Positions 16,386-30,256 of a stretch of 64,000 nt of DNA are shown here, one piece after another (the stretch's first letter is position 1; each line of letters starts with the position of its first letter). Source of the stretch: Eledone cirrhosa (lineage: Eukaryota); NCBI GenBank assembly GCA_964016885.1, contig OZ024749.1, forward strand, positions 46,810,001-46,874,000. Reading direction: 5' to 3'. Both the position numbers and the translations under genes were made by a program. Below the pieces are notes generated by a model. It ran no database searches. It saw nothing but the letters and a program-made list of their open reading frames with translations, and was not told where the DNA came from.

Positions 16386-16776
16386 ATAACTAAAATAGTC
16401 TATATAATAAACAGGCATGTTTAAGTGTTTCAAGAAACCGCATACAATGAACGAATGTGCATATATATACGCTTTCAAAAGTTACAAACAGTTTTTTACG
16501 ATAAATATATAGAGAAGAATGTTCATGCCTTCTTCTTTGTTATGTTTAATTCATGAAATATTATTCAAACATTTATTAAAGTAAAGTACATTTCCATGAA
16601 ATGTCATACGACTTTAAGTGATTTGTTATCGATATTTTACCAATTAACATCATTAGTCCTAAACTAATTAATATCAGTCGAACATCGTTTGCACCTAATT
16701 ATTATTGATATTTTATGAATTTAAAATCAGGTTATTACTGTGTACAATGGCTGAGTACATTTACTTTCCACTCCAT

Positions 16777-16833
16777 TGCTGCTGCTGCAGTTGCTGCTGC
16801 TACTGTTACTACTACTACTACTACTACTAATAA

Positions 16834-16894
<61 letters not shown>

Positions 16895-16922
16895 GCTACT
16901 ACTACTATTACTACTACTACTA

Positions 16923-16954
<32 letters not shown>

Positions 16955-17003
16955 TTACTACTACTACTACTACTACTACTACTAATAATAATAATAATAA
17001 TAA
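16777..17003. repeat. Compound (GCT)n/(ACT)n/(AAT)n microsatellite
   Basis: Directly visible. Confidence 0.95.
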
Positions 17004-17004
17004 T

Positions 17005-17640
17005 GCTTTCTTTATTAACCACAAGTGTTTACATACAGTAGACATTAAGGACAGTACAGGACAATACATGACGGTACAAATGGGCATTTCTGCGTGTAAA
17101 AAGAAACAGAGGATTTAATAAAAATAACAATGAAACATTCCCCAATAGCGGGGAGACTTCCGAGGGACATTTGTGGAGAAAGCCCCTTAAAAGGCCACAT
17201 TACCTTGACCACCAGGGCAAGTGCCCTCTCCCAGTATTCCACCTTTAATTTACAGACACATACTTAGAGTAAACCCATTCTCTCGGGCTATACTTGCTTC
17301 TCTCACCCATCTTTCAACAAAATGCTGGGAAGAGAGCACTTCCCTCTCTACCCTAATTTTCCTTTTCAAATGAAATTTGAAAAAGTTAATCAGGGCATCA
17401 CCGAAGAGGTAAGTGCTCGTCTTCAGCCCTTTCAAACGTGTCCACCATACTATCTCTTTCGTCATGGCCACCAGACAGGTAAAAACTGCCTGCCCTTCCC
17501 GGCTAAAGGAAGAGGGCGGGGTAATCCTCACGATCGACTCAGCTGGTAGCTGGATTCGGTAGCACTGCCAGGCCAGGGTTTTCTGGAAGTTGTCCATAGG
17601 CCCCGGTCCAAAAGTCCTTCGGTAGAGATTGGCTAGTTGA
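17005..17640 (-). mobile_element. Tx1/L1-like non-LTR retrotransposon 3' fragment (ORF2 C-terminus 17250-17597 plus 3' UTR)
   Basis: LVAMTKEIVWWTR...LKRKIRVE...FVERW resembles Tx1 ORF2 ends. AATAAA on - at 17011-17016 lies just before an (ATT)n/(AGT)n tract. Confidence 0.7.
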
Positions 17641-17659
17641 TTTAAAATAAATTAACTTA

Positions 17660-17753
17660 TTTAGAGCACTAGAGTAAACTGTTGAGTGCTCTAAATCAGT
17701 TATAAACATTTATATTTGTCGGACTTCCAACAAATTAAATACCCCTACTACTT
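17660..17753 (+). mobile_element. Family D 3' tip with a small fold-back
   Basis: GAGTGCTCTAAATCAGTTATAAACATTTATA matches 30554-30585. Hairpin TTTAGAGCACT/AGTGCTCTAAA. Ends at TA. Confidence 0.65.
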
Positions 17754-19208
17754 ATATTTATATATATATATATATCATTGGATAAAGTTATGCGCAGTAT
17801 AATATAACAAGGACACGTTCTCTTCATCTTTATGTCTGTATGACACCGTTCATTCAGATTTTTGAATTCATGTATTTGTCAGGCAAACTTCTTATATATT
17901 TGTTAAGCTATTTTTATCGATACACCAATGACGACTTGTGTTTAGAAATCCGCATACGTTGACGTAAATAGCGGATAGTTGTAATTAACCTGAGTGACAA
18001 GTTTTGTGGTTAACACAAAATATATGAGTGTGAATGTAGTTATGTGTTTATGTATATAAGTTGTTTACATATGGCCATAAATGTGTGTGCACATGGCTAT
18101 TTCTATTGATGAATGTAGCTGTACATGTATGTTTTTCTATGTTTCTGTATATGTCAAATTATTTACTAAGATCTTTTGTAAATATATATATATTGCATCG
18201 ATATGTTCATGACATTTTTCTTGCTATTCAAGATTATGATGAATTATAGTCGGAATAATTTGAAGCAGGATATCTGTGGTTATGTCTGATTAATACACAC
18301 AATCACTGCATATTTATGTAATTGCAGTAGTAATCTATAATATTGACACCAGCCTGTATATATCTAAAAGAGTTTTACAACAGAATAGACGACAGGAAAT
18401 TTAAGTCGAATGAAAAACTAAAACTGAATAAATACAAAGTTTTTCAGATAATCTTCAGCTGATAATCTGACAACTTACTCACTTCCAATCAGTTTCCTTT
18501 GTTCCAACCGCGAGCAGTTTAGAATGCACTTTAAACAAAAACAATTATTCCATAGTGAATTGTATTCCTAGGAAGTTCTGCAACTATAGATTGTAAAGAA
18601 TTTTACAATTTTCAATTGTTGCTTCCTAAATTGCACTCATTATATCTAACGTTTATCAGAATTGCCAAAAAGCTATTAACATAATTTTAGTTTCTATGGG
18701 AAGAACAATGACATTCATCATGTAGAGTTACTTGCATGTTTTCGAAATAGGAGCTATATTTTTATCCACGTTATTTTACTTTACTTTACTTCTATGTATA
18801 TTTCAAATAAACATCATTTGTTATATGCATGTATGTCACTTTTATAATATATGTGTTTTGATAATCTGAAAAAAAACAAAAAAACTACATAATCAAAGTA
18901 TGGAATGCATAACAATAAGAATAAACTAAAACATAGATATATTACTTTATTGCGAAAATAATATTCGTTAAAACGAAATTGGGAAACAAGGAAATATATT
19001 ATATCAGCTATGACATACGTTTGTTTGCATTATTGATCTTTTTGCGATAATAATTTGCATTACGTATTTAAACATCAATTTTTCGTTTTTGCGAAATATT
19101 TTTTTATGAAATAATAAATATGGTGGTTGTTATGCTACTGCTTCTGGTGACGTTGATGAAGAAGATCATGATAAATATTACATTAATATAAAGTATAACG
19201 GGGGCGAT

Positions 19209-19286
19209 TTCTTCTTCTTCTTCTTCTTCTTCTTCTTCTTCTTCTTCTTCTTCTTCTTCTTCTTCTTCTTCTTCTTCTTCTTCTTC
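19209..19286. repeat. (TTC)n microsatellite
   Basis: Directly visible. Confidence 0.95.
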
Positions 19287-20009
19287 CTGTTTTTGTTGTT
19301 GTTATTGTTGGTGTTGTGATATTTGGTTCTGTTGTTGATATTATTATTTTTGTTATTATTTATATTATTATTATTAATCATGGGAGGTTCTTGTTTTTAA
19401 AGATGATTCCGGTGGATATATAAAACTAATATTTAACGCAAATAAAATTAATTTCAAATATATGATTAGTTTCAACATCTATTTGTACAAATATGTTGGA
19501 TAATGCTAATTATTGAAAATGATACAATATAATTTATTTTGCTTTCGCACCTGGTGTCATAATTTAGCGTAAGATGGACTAACATTGATATAGTCAAACG
19601 GTATATTACAAAAATACTTAATAACCATTTTAAGTGATGTTAAACCTTGTTCGTAGGTTGAGCTATTTCATATGATAGCTTTCTTGTCTATATGAATTGA
19701 CATTATCAAAGTTTTCCAAAACCAAAAGCATAGTTTCTTACACATGATAGCACAGCATTGGAGCTGGGGATATAATATCACAATAGTTTTAATTTGTAAT
19801 GTGCCGTATCACATTAAGAAATTACTTGCCAGCATTGAGTTGTTTAACCAAGATGTCGACTGGTCCACGTGGGTAGTTATGAAATCATTGGAGCTCCGTT
19901 ATGACATGCAGTGTGTTTAGACCATTTAAAACTGGAGAATCCAGAGAGAACGAGTGAGATATATAGAGAAAGAGAGATGGGAGAGACATACTGACAGTTA
20001 TATAGGAGG

Positions 20010-20140
20010 AATAAAGAAACAACTGTAATGCTGGTAATTAAGCTCGACCTCGGCAGGATTTGAATTAACGGAAAGCAGAAATGCGGAAAGAATAGCCCAA
20101 AACTGTCTATCCGGCTTACTAAACTCACTGCTAATTTAAT
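20010..20140 (-). mobile_element. Degraded related SINE
   Basis: TCGACCTCGGCAGGATTTGAA, the B-box/core junction. Confidence 0.45.
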
Positions 20141-20306
20141 TCCTTTGAATAATGCATTTACAATCATACTAAAACTGTTTGTTCTTGACATTCCCCGCGG
20201 TAAAATTGTATTTCCAGTTTACGAGATTAAACTCTAATATATATATATATATCAACTAGAAATTGGCGCATGTCTCTCGGACAAGACACCCTTAATTTAA
20301 TTTTGG

Positions 20307-20431
<125 letters not shown>

Positions 20432-22021
20432 TGTGTGTGTGTACATATATATATATATAAATATATATATTTGCATAAATCTAGTGATAATTATCATAAG
20501 AACTCAAATGATTTCAAGGATATGATATACTTATCATAATATTGTAGGTTTACTTATTTGAGTGTATCAGATTTGGATTTAAGAAAAGCAGCTGCCTTGC
20601 CTTCTAAAATAATCCAGAAGTATGTATAACACAATTGCAATCATTCTTCACAAATGTTTGATAGTCTGTTCAACAGAGTATTAATCTCAAGAACAGCATC
20701 ATCGATGAGCCTTTAATCCTTTTTGTTTTATATTTGTTGGCTTACATGAAACTCGTATGATCTTTATAGACGTATCCTTTGACACATGTTTCATCCTGCA
20801 TTTTGCTTTGAGTTGTGTGTACAATTGTGAAGAAATATGATGGAGATGTAAAAGGAGACAAAATAGAGATTACAAAATATATTGGTTCTTAATATGTGTT
20901 CTGTTCTGGGTTTATTTGAAGTTGATTCTCAAATAATGCGATAGATGTTCCCCAAACGTATAATGTGGGATTATATCCTATGAGCTATACAGTTTACCTC
21001 GGGCTCCTACAGGAAATATTCCACATAATTTTCTCTGATCTAATATGGAATCTATCTTGATGTTCTATGTATAGATGTATTATTCAGTAGCCTATTGAAC
21101 ATAAAGTTAGATAAAGTGTTGCTATTTGTTAGGTTTACATATTACATCAGTTGACATGCGTTCTATGAAAATAAAATCAGTATGCAATTTCCTTGGGCCT
21201 ATTGATCAATTTAGTTGCCGTAATGTTGTTGTTTCCACAGTAGATTTGAATAACGTCATATATATCGTATACTTAACAATAAGGTTATACATATATTTAC
21301 CTTGATTTGTTACTAATAAATATGTGTATATTATGCAGTAGCTAGATCATATTTTATTGTCTACGAATTTTGTTACGTTCAGTGCAAATTAATATTCCGT
21401 ACTCTTGTTTATATGATACACATGCTATCTATTGTTACTATCTTCCTAACGTATTATATAGTGATTCAAATGTCTTTCCTTTATTCCTATGAATAAATGA
21501 AACGTATAAGTTGTGTGAAAGTCAGAATGCAGAAACACATCTTGCTGTTAAACTTCGCACCAAAACAGATATAAAAATATACTGGCAAGAATCAAGAGAT
21601 CGAATTCTCAACCCGTTGTGTTCCATTTGGGCATTTGCTCATATGCGATTGATAATATATGATGCATTTTAATATCCAGTAATGGAACGGGCTTAATCAG
21701 TATCATTTTCCCGTCCCAAACTTTGTGAAATTTAGAAATATGCATTATAATAAATTTGAACTTTTGCATGGGTAATACAATGATGCAATTCATACATTAA
21801 ACATGTAGCCCACATTCAGTTCCATATTCAAAGGTGAATGATAAATTACCTATTTGATACTTGATGATATTTATCAAACATGGAATCCAATAGGACAATA
21901 ATATGAAGTGGATAATACATTTATGCGTGACAGTTTGTATATACTTCAGATGAACTTATATTAATGGAAAATCAAAATATAGAACTTATTATGATTGTTT
22001 ATATATTTGTTGATGTTATCC

Positions 22022-22170
22022 CAATGTATTACTGATACTTTATTTTATCGACCCCGTAAGGATAAAAGGCAACGTTAACATCGGCGGGATTTGAACTCAG
22101 ACAGTAAAGGGCCGTAACTCTTTGCTGCAAAGCAATGCGTCCGAGCCTCTAGTGATACTGCCAATCTACC
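22022..22170 (-). mobile_element. Same SINE (head plus core)
   Basis: Core, GGATTTGAAC and GATACTGCCAAT. Confidence 0.75.
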
Positions 22171-22180
22171 GGTTATATCA

Positions 22181-22292
22181 TATAATAATTGTTTCTCCTT
22201 TTGGCACAAGACCAGCAATTAACCAGTACATTACTGGTACTTTATTTTATCGACCCCGTAAGAATGAAAGGCAAAGTCAATCTCGGCGGGAT
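22181..22292 (-). mobile_element. Same SINE (5'-truncated)
   Basis: Tail and core up to CTCGGCGGGATT. Confidence 0.75.
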
Positions 22293-23428
22293 TGACTTTG
22301 CCAATCATATAATAATGATATTTATTTATCCTCAATATAATCAGTGAAGAGATGGAGGACAATGTATTCAACTTTATGGCACATCTACATAGTCATTCAC
22401 CATGCCAGAAATAGCAGCCACATGTCAGGCTCAAAATCATATATACAGACAAACACACCCACCAACACACATATATATAAGTATATATACATATACTGAC
22501 GTATATGCATGGTTGAAATACCCAAGGGTATTACCACTCTATCCATAGGATGAGATAAATATAAATAACTATAACATTGGCATTTAGAGCTTCTTTACTT
22601 TCTTTTAAATATAAACGCCAACGCAGGATTAATAACACTGATGGTACATCTTTCATCACTTTACTCATTATTCACCTTAAAACCAAATAATAATATATAC
22701 AACTAGTATTTCAGTGTTTTGTTAATGTCTGCACACTAAATGAATGCCAAATAAAAAAAGTTAATAACTTTCATTTTTGAAACTTTAACTTTGTGTTCCA
22801 CACACAAAACATAAACAAAAATACTACAACAGTTAACACTCGGGAATTATCTCTTTAATAGCAAACATCAAAGTTTCTTTAATTTTTCTGAATTTGAGAA
22901 ATATTGCCAAACATTTAGTCGTGAACTTAGAATTTAATCTAATACTTTCCACGTTCTTTGAAGAAATTTTCCGCAGATTACATTACATCTTACAATAAGA
23001 AAAAAATGCAGACTCCAAGATTCTGGTTTTCTTTTCCTGTTACTAAATAAGCTTACCAAGATTCTACTATTATCTGTTTGTTCTTCATGAATTATATAAT
23101 TTGTATTTTTTTCATGCCGCTGATGAAGCTTTTGTTGTCGTGGCTGCAATTAAGGATGTCGGTTATGCAGAATTGAATATTCCCGTGAACGGAGGATCAA
23201 TAAAATGAAAGGAAACAAGCACTTATCACGGGTTTTTTAATCTTAGTAAAATAATAAAAAAATTACAAGCACTACTTTGTAGTGATTGTTTGATGTCAAA
23301 TGCAGACATTTTAATCGGATATCTATAAAAAAACAAAGTTAAACAAATATAAGTGATTTTCTTTGAAGAGATCGGATATATATATATATATACATATGTA
23401 TGTATGTATGTATATATATGTGTATATA

Positions 23429-23525
<97 letters not shown>

Positions 23526-24816
23526 ATATATGTATGTATGGGTGTGTATTTATGTCTATGTATAGGTTTGTGTGTGTGTATTTGTTTGCATATCCGTGCG
23601 TGTTCAAGTCTGTGTCAATAATTGGATTAATTAGTGATATCTGAGTGTTGTTGCATAATGTACCGAAGTCTGTCCTTCATAATATTGTTCTGTTGAACAG
23701 AATACTTTCAGTATTAGGCAAAAACTGATATATTAAATGGTGTTGCATTTCTTTGTTGTTCTATTTTCCTTTTTGCTTTTTAGACATTGATTAGCTGCCG
23801 CTCGGAGAATCTAGAATGCAAAGCATTCATGCCGTTACCAATTTATTTTTTAGCGTTGCACAAGCTACATAACACAGCATTGCCTAATATGTCCCATTCT
23901 ACGAATTTGGGAAGTACTATATCGAAAGTTTAATTGCTATTTTTTTTTATTCATATATTTATGTAAGTAATTTATGCAAATACCTAGTGTTCATGCATCT
24001 AATGCTTTTCCTTTAATTTCCAAAAGGTGAAGGTGCAAGCTTCAGACTTTGTCAAACGTATGATCATAACGTTGAGAGTTTTATTCTAGGAAAAATAGTG
24101 AATTTTTTACATCATGTGCATCAACATTAATAACACCTTGCCCAATTTCAATCATCGAAAACTATGTCCTAATTATTCGATGTGGGTTAACCATGCGATG
24201 GTAATATATCGATCGAACACTTGAACTCTCAATCTCCTAACGCCGATTACATATGATACCAATGCTATACAGAGTCTTGATGTGTTACATAAAACATATA
24301 TAACTGATATACATATGTTTTCCTGTTTCTAGTCTCAATATAGAATGCGTAAATTGTAGTATCTATTTTTATAATGTGATGTATTGTTTTCCTCTAATAC
24401 ATACTTTCTAATTATGTGTTTGTTTACCTGTGTCAATGCCCTTGCATATGTCTCTTTTTTTCATTGATTTCATATTCACTGAAATTGAATTCGTGACATG
24501 AAATGTCTTATAATATAATATAATTTTCATATATAAACATAAAATGTGTTTGCTTTCAATTATTATGGGTTTATACAATGGAGAAGTATTTCGATTATCC
24601 AAATTTTGTTATTTTTATATATTTTTAATTTGGTTGTTCGTTGCATTTGTTATTCATGTGAGAAGAGACACCAGATTTTGAGTATTTCAAGGAATACTAT
24701 ATATCTGGTTATGCCATGCCCATTGCCAGAATGTTGCAGGTAATTAAGTATATAACTAGATCAATGTATCCACCCATCTCTGTGTGTTATTGACCACATG
24801 TAGGTATATGTAATTG

Positions 24817-24873
<57 letters not shown>

Positions 24874-24883
24874 GTATATATGT

Positions 24884-24920
<37 letters not shown>

Positions 24921-25098
24921 TTATAATTGAATATAACAGAAAAATGAACACAGATATATACATATATGTGTTCAAATCGCAAGGGAACAAATTCGCTAAG
25001 GTGAATATAATACTAACTATAGACAATAGGTTTTGCCTGTCTCAATTTAAGAAAAAATTAAGAAACTAAATACAAACCGGAATTGTGGTAACTACCAA

Positions 25099-25178
25099 TC
25101 TCCCAGACAGATTGGTGCTGTTTCGCAATACTAATTAATTGTGAATAGAAAAACCAAGACTTGCTCATCAGTGGGTGA
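25099..25178 (-). ncRNA. Type I hammerhead ribozyme (R3 copy 1)
   Basis: - strand: tcaccca-CTGATGA-gcaa...ttgc-GAAAC-agcaccaatct-GTC-tggga. Confidence 0.85.
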
Positions 25179-25607
25179 CAAATTAGCATCCTAGACACTT
25201 CTACGTATATTAAGCAACTGAATAGTGTGCTATATGTAATAACGCACATGGTATCTTAGCGTGTCTGACAAACTCACACCATTAAAAATAGCAGCCAGGT
25301 GTATTCGACATTGGAAATAGCTCAACAAATTAACGGAGCCGAATATCAAAGATATATATTGAGTTAGGAACTCAAAATAGGCTCTTACAATAAAATAGCT
25401 CTAAGAAAGAGATTTTTCCGAGCCGTATATTATAATTGAATATAAAAGAAAAACGAACACATATATATACATATATATGTTCAAATCGCAAGGGATAATA
25501 TTCGCTAAGGTGAAAAGTATACTAGCTATAGACAATAGGGTTTGCATGTCTCAATTTAAGAAAAAATCAAGAAAATAAGTACAATCCGGAATTGTGGTAA
25601 CTGCCAA

Positions 25608-25687
25608 TCACCCAGACAGCTTGGTGCTGTTTCACAATACTAATTAATTGTGAATAGAAATACCAATTTTTGTTCATCGGTGGGTGA
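25608..25687 (-). ncRNA. Type I hammerhead (R3 copy 2, CCGATGA core)
   Basis: tcaccca-CCGATGA-acaa...ttgt-GAAAC-agc accaa gct-GTC-tgggtga. Helix I is a perfect 7 bp. Confidence 0.75.
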
Positions 25688-25774
25688 CAAATTAGTATCC
25701 TAGACACTTCATATATATTAAGAAATCTTCTTCATTTTTTCTTAAATTGAGACAGGCAAATCCTATTGTCTATT

Positions 25775-26265
25775 AGGAAGAACAATATTGTTTTTCCCTT
25801 TTATTTTTTTCTCTTTTTTCTGGATTAGAAATGTTTAAAACAAAATATTTAACATTGTGTGTAGTATTAAGGTATTAGTTAATTTATTTATTAATTAACA
25901 CTGGCATTTATTTATTTATATATTTAATAATTGTCTATTACCGGTTTCAGCATTTTATGCATTATAAAAAGGGGTGGGGTTGTATTGGTGTAAAATGTTG
26001 GTGATGTTGAACATGTTAAGGAAATGGTGAAGAAAGAATAATGTTATTTACAAACAAGGTTTTTAAAGTGAAAAGTAAAAAGGAAAAAGGAGGTAATGTG
26101 GAACATGATAAGGTAATGGGAAATAAAAACAATAATATTATTTACAGGCATAGTTCTTGAAGATAAACAGCTCAAAATGTGTTATTATGACAAGAGTGCT
26201 TAGTTGTTCTATGACGGAGGCAAATGGTTGTCTGGGGTTTGATATGATTCCCCTTTTTAATACTT
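25775..26265 (-). mobile_element. Degraded PLE-type 3' UTR with an HHR remnant
   Basis: - strand: gcat aaa atgc-t-GAAAC-CG-GTA near 25935-25965. Pyrimidine-rich UTR. Confidence 0.4.
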
Positions 26266-26273
26266 ATTAATAA

Positions 26274-26316
<43 letters not shown>

Positions 26317-26320
<4 letters not shown>

Positions 26321-26575
26321 AGTTAATATATATTAATATATGATAAACACATACGTGTTTGTATTGTAAGAGACAAAGTTAGCTAGAATGAAATAAACTA
26401 ATTAAAAATGTTAATTAGTTTATTTCATTCTAGCTAACTTTGTCTCTTACAATACAAACACATATGTGTTTATCATATATTAATATATATTAACTTGTAT
26501 TTCACTGCTCGGAAATGCTTCTTTCTTTGAGCTGATTAATTGTAAATGACTTTGAGTTTAAACTCTAAATATAAT
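26317..26575 (+). repeat. Fold-back insertion in (TA)n: 89-bp arms with a 5-nt loop, plus a ~76-bp extension
   Basis: 26317-26405 versus 26411-26499 differ by one mismatch. Same geometry as the PLE ends, but no HHR seen. Confidence 0.75.
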
Positions 26576-27295
26576 ATAATATATATATATATATATATAT
26601 ATACATTTATTAATAATTATTAATTAATGCTATCGTGCAATGCCTGTGCGTGGAGATATTTTTTAAAGTGGGGAAAGACTGTGCACTGACAGTAACCATA
26701 ACCCGAAAAGAAGAAAATATCAACATCATCGGTAACTACTGAGCCGCATGTTTTATATCGGAGTTATCCCAGTTTCCTACTCCTAAAAGAATGCCCTGAC
26801 AAAGGATAGGGGTCCTTCACTCCCAGTGGTTTAACCGCGAGATCGGGTGTCCAACGCGACTGTGTACCCGCGCATATACATCCACCTGCACCCATGTAAA
26901 TACACATATATATAAACATATGTATGTACAAGTGTATATACATATTTACACACATTTGGGTGGCCATTTACTCTTATGAGTCATTCCGCCCCTTGTCAGG
27001 TTTTGTTTTTTATCCTGCAGGGTGTCCAAAATCACCCTCTTCACTAAGTACAGTTGGCGGGGTTGCCGGTTTAGTCGCCGACGATCCGAACATGCGACAG
27101 GTTGTACTGGGTTACATGTTACCAGTAGTATATATATATATATAAAAGCAGCCCAGCAGTATGGAGAAGATGTACAAGTATGTACATATATGTATATACA
27201 TACTTGTATGTATATATATATAGAGAGATATATATATATATATATAAGAGCACCGCACCCGTATGGATAAGATGTACAATATGTATATACATATA

Positions 27296-27354
<59 letters not shown>

Positions 27355-27368
27355 TGTACATCTTATCC

Positions 27369-27414
<46 letters not shown>

Positions 27415-28080
27415 TGTACATCTTATCCATGTGTGTATATATATATATATACATACATACTTGTACATGTTATCCATACGGGTGGTGTACTTTTTGCATG
27501 TGTAATTTTGGTTTGTGTTTACCCTACTTAATTATACATGGACCTCATTCAAAGAATTCCTCGGTATATACCCAATAGATTGGATCTATATACATACATA
27601 TTCATATCGTCTTTAGATATGCAAATTATGTTTGCTCATTAAGATTTTAAACTATCAACAGACAAGACAACAATCAGGGCAATAGTTTTTCTACTCAATC
27701 AAACTAAGTTTTAAGCAGGATATACTGTCAAAAAAGATGATTCATTTAAAAGAAACACAGCCAATATTTGTAACAAACAAGGACGCCTATGTATATTTTT
27801 TTCTGTCTGCACAATTTTTCCGAAAGAAATTGCCATACAATCCATGCTGATTCATCAAATCTGAGTTCAGTAATTTTCAATATTTATTTTTCGGTCTCTT
27901 ACCAGGCTAATTAAATCGTTTCGCGTAGATGTTTCAAATTAAAATACTATACCATGAGGTAGCAGACATTTGCTCCTAACACATACAAAAAAAAAACGTA
28001 TAATATTGTTGTCTAAGCTAACATGTCAGGGGTATATTGGACAGTGATATAAATACTCACAAAAGTATGTATATTTTACA

Positions 28081-28370
28081 CGGATCCCGTTCAGCGGTGA
28101 CAAACCCCTTGTCTGGGAAGCAAATTGCGGCGAAACTTTCTCCAGTCGCAACCTGGTGCAGTCTGCGACTGACGCGGGTACGGCTGCACGTCTGGCAGTG
28201 GATACTTATGGTGTCCTTGGCCCTAGGGCTACCTCCCTATTCACTACCAGAGGTGCTGAGCGGGCCAGCTGCAGGTGTGAGCCTCGCGAGTTGGAAAGAA
28301 TCTCCCAGCGCATCTCCCTTACCATTCTCCGGGAAAAGGCCTTCTGTATTCTGTCCTCCAGTGATGTAGG
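28081..28370 (+). mobile_element. CRE-like non-LTR retrotransposon 3' fragment (restriction-like endonuclease region, internally deleted)
   Basis: RIPFSGDKPLVWEANCGETF...SATDAGTAARL/AVDTYGVLGP...ISQRISLTILREKAFCIL matches the PW..GK.L.WD.TC.DT...AG.AA...AVET.G..GP...QRIS..I.RGNA pattern. The K..KY segment is missing. Confidence 0.75.
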
Positions 28371-28648
28371 GATGCCAGCACATGGAACTCATTTGGTCAC
28401 CACGCAGATTAAGACATATAACCTCTCATTTTCTGTTATGAGCAGTATCAAATGACTGAATTTTTTTCCATTTAACATTCAAAATTGTATGTGTAACGAT
28501 TCGGCCTCAAAACATAAGAAAAGGAAATTGAATATTGGAAGACGTCAATCAATCTGACTTACAATTAAATCTGGCTACACTAGTTCTCCGACAAACCCGA
28601 TAAATGTATTCAGGACTCTGTACGATATTATATTAGAAACATACACGC

Positions 28649-28738
<90 letters not shown>

Positions 28739-28740
<2 letters not shown>

Positions 28741-29070
28741 AAAGTTATATTTAAATTGTTGTGTTACAACTAGTAAATATTTATAACTGATATAAAAGCA
28801 CTCGACAAATATTTGGAGTATATTTACAATATTGAATAAATGGAAACTATATTTATAAAACCATATTTATTTCATTATATATATTTCAGGGATAACATAT
28901 TAACAATATGCTATGCCTTCCTCAGACAAAATACAATATAAACAGTTTTATAGATAAATAGATTCGACATACCGTAACAACATCTACTTGGGAAGGTTTA
29001 ATATGTTATCCCTGAAATATATATAATGAAATAAATATGGTTTTATAAATATAGTTTCCATTTATTTAAT

Positions 29071-29076
<6 letters not shown>
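28739..29076 (-). mobile_element. PLE family D 3' end with HHR and inverted arm (28998-29076)
   Basis: The arm is the reverse complement of 28824-28903. TA flanks. Homologous to 30250-30625 and 17660-17753. Confidence 0.75.
28868..28933 (-). ncRNA. Minimal hammerhead with palindromic ATAT loop III
   Basis: tattttgt-CTGAGGA-agg...cct-GAAAT-ATAT-ATA-atgaaata. Confidence 0.75.
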
Positions 29077-29111
<35 letters not shown>

Positions 29112-30050
29112 GCAGTCCAGCCGCATTGCCATAGCAACGAACATGTTTGGACTCAGGATATATATATATATGTTATTTGTAAGTGTGTGTCTGTGTGCTT
29201 GCGTTTGTACAATTATACATATGCAAAATAGATAATTGAGTAAGAGGTGCAGGTCAGTGAACACATTTAGTATTTATTTGTTTGGAATATATTGAGCTTT
29301 TACGTAGAGGATTTCTAATGTTCTCTTATATTTATTAGGCGAATTCAGAAGATTATTTGATGATGTGGTCTCTCTAGTAACCTAGCGGCTCAATTATTAT
29401 AGAAATTGTTTACATCAATAAACAAATGATAAGTATTTTGGATATACATAATTAAGCGCCATGACACGATTATCTAATGCGTTTCAGGTATTATTTTATC
29501 GATTTTAAAAATATCGTACCATCATTAATTTCCAATACACTATATTGAATGCCATAAGTGACATTTTACAGCACCTCTGATCAATAAACTATATCACCCA
29601 TTCGAGAGTATATAATGTTACATATTCAAACCCAACGGATTTAATTTATCATAACAACGACAGAGTGGTGGGAAGATAAACAAATATCTTATTTTCATAT
29701 TCAGATACAATCGGGTTATTTAGATAAATATCAAAACAAAAAAACAAAGGAGGAATTAATAGACTGAGGATTGTGATTTGTATTTTTATTCCTAAACGTC
29801 TATCAATTTAAATTGTAAAAAAAACTTATTTTAGATGTAAAATTCCGATATGTTGGAGACTGAGAGAAATCTAGTGAATGATTTAATAATATTCCGATTC
29901 ATTGATGTATAAGTCTAGAGAGAACATCAAAGAATGGCTCTCCAAACAGTGAACTATGACCGTTCAGTTCAGATAAGCGAAATGCGCACACATACATACA
30001 CACATATCACGCACAGCACACGCACATATATATATATTTACATATATATA

Positions 30051-30129
<79 letters not shown>

Positions 30130-30214
30130 AAATGACTATATATTCGAACACATGTATGTTTATATTAGTGGTTATCCCTCTTGTCTATTCAATTATAATT
30201 GAATATATACACAT

Positions 30215-30249
<35 letters not shown>

Positions 30250-30256
<7 letters not shown>

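Larger units (their letters stand above)
24918..25773 (-). mobile_element. Retrozyme-like array, family R3: about 1.6 tandem copies of a 509-bp HHR unit plus a short inverted arm
   Basis: TTCAAATCGCAAGGGA at 24971 and 25480 (period 509). 25728-25773 is the reverse complement of about 25020-25064. Begins at a (TA)n run and has no ORF. Confidence 0.75.

Noticed and set aside
23116-23165. CTGATGA-agc...gct as a hammerhead
   Set aside because: It is followed by GCAA rather than GAAA, and helices I and III are not convincing.
29125-29138. RFX X-box-like ATTGCCATAGCAAC between TA runs
   Set aside because: An isolated motif in a ~50-bp island that is probably an element tip, with no promoter context.
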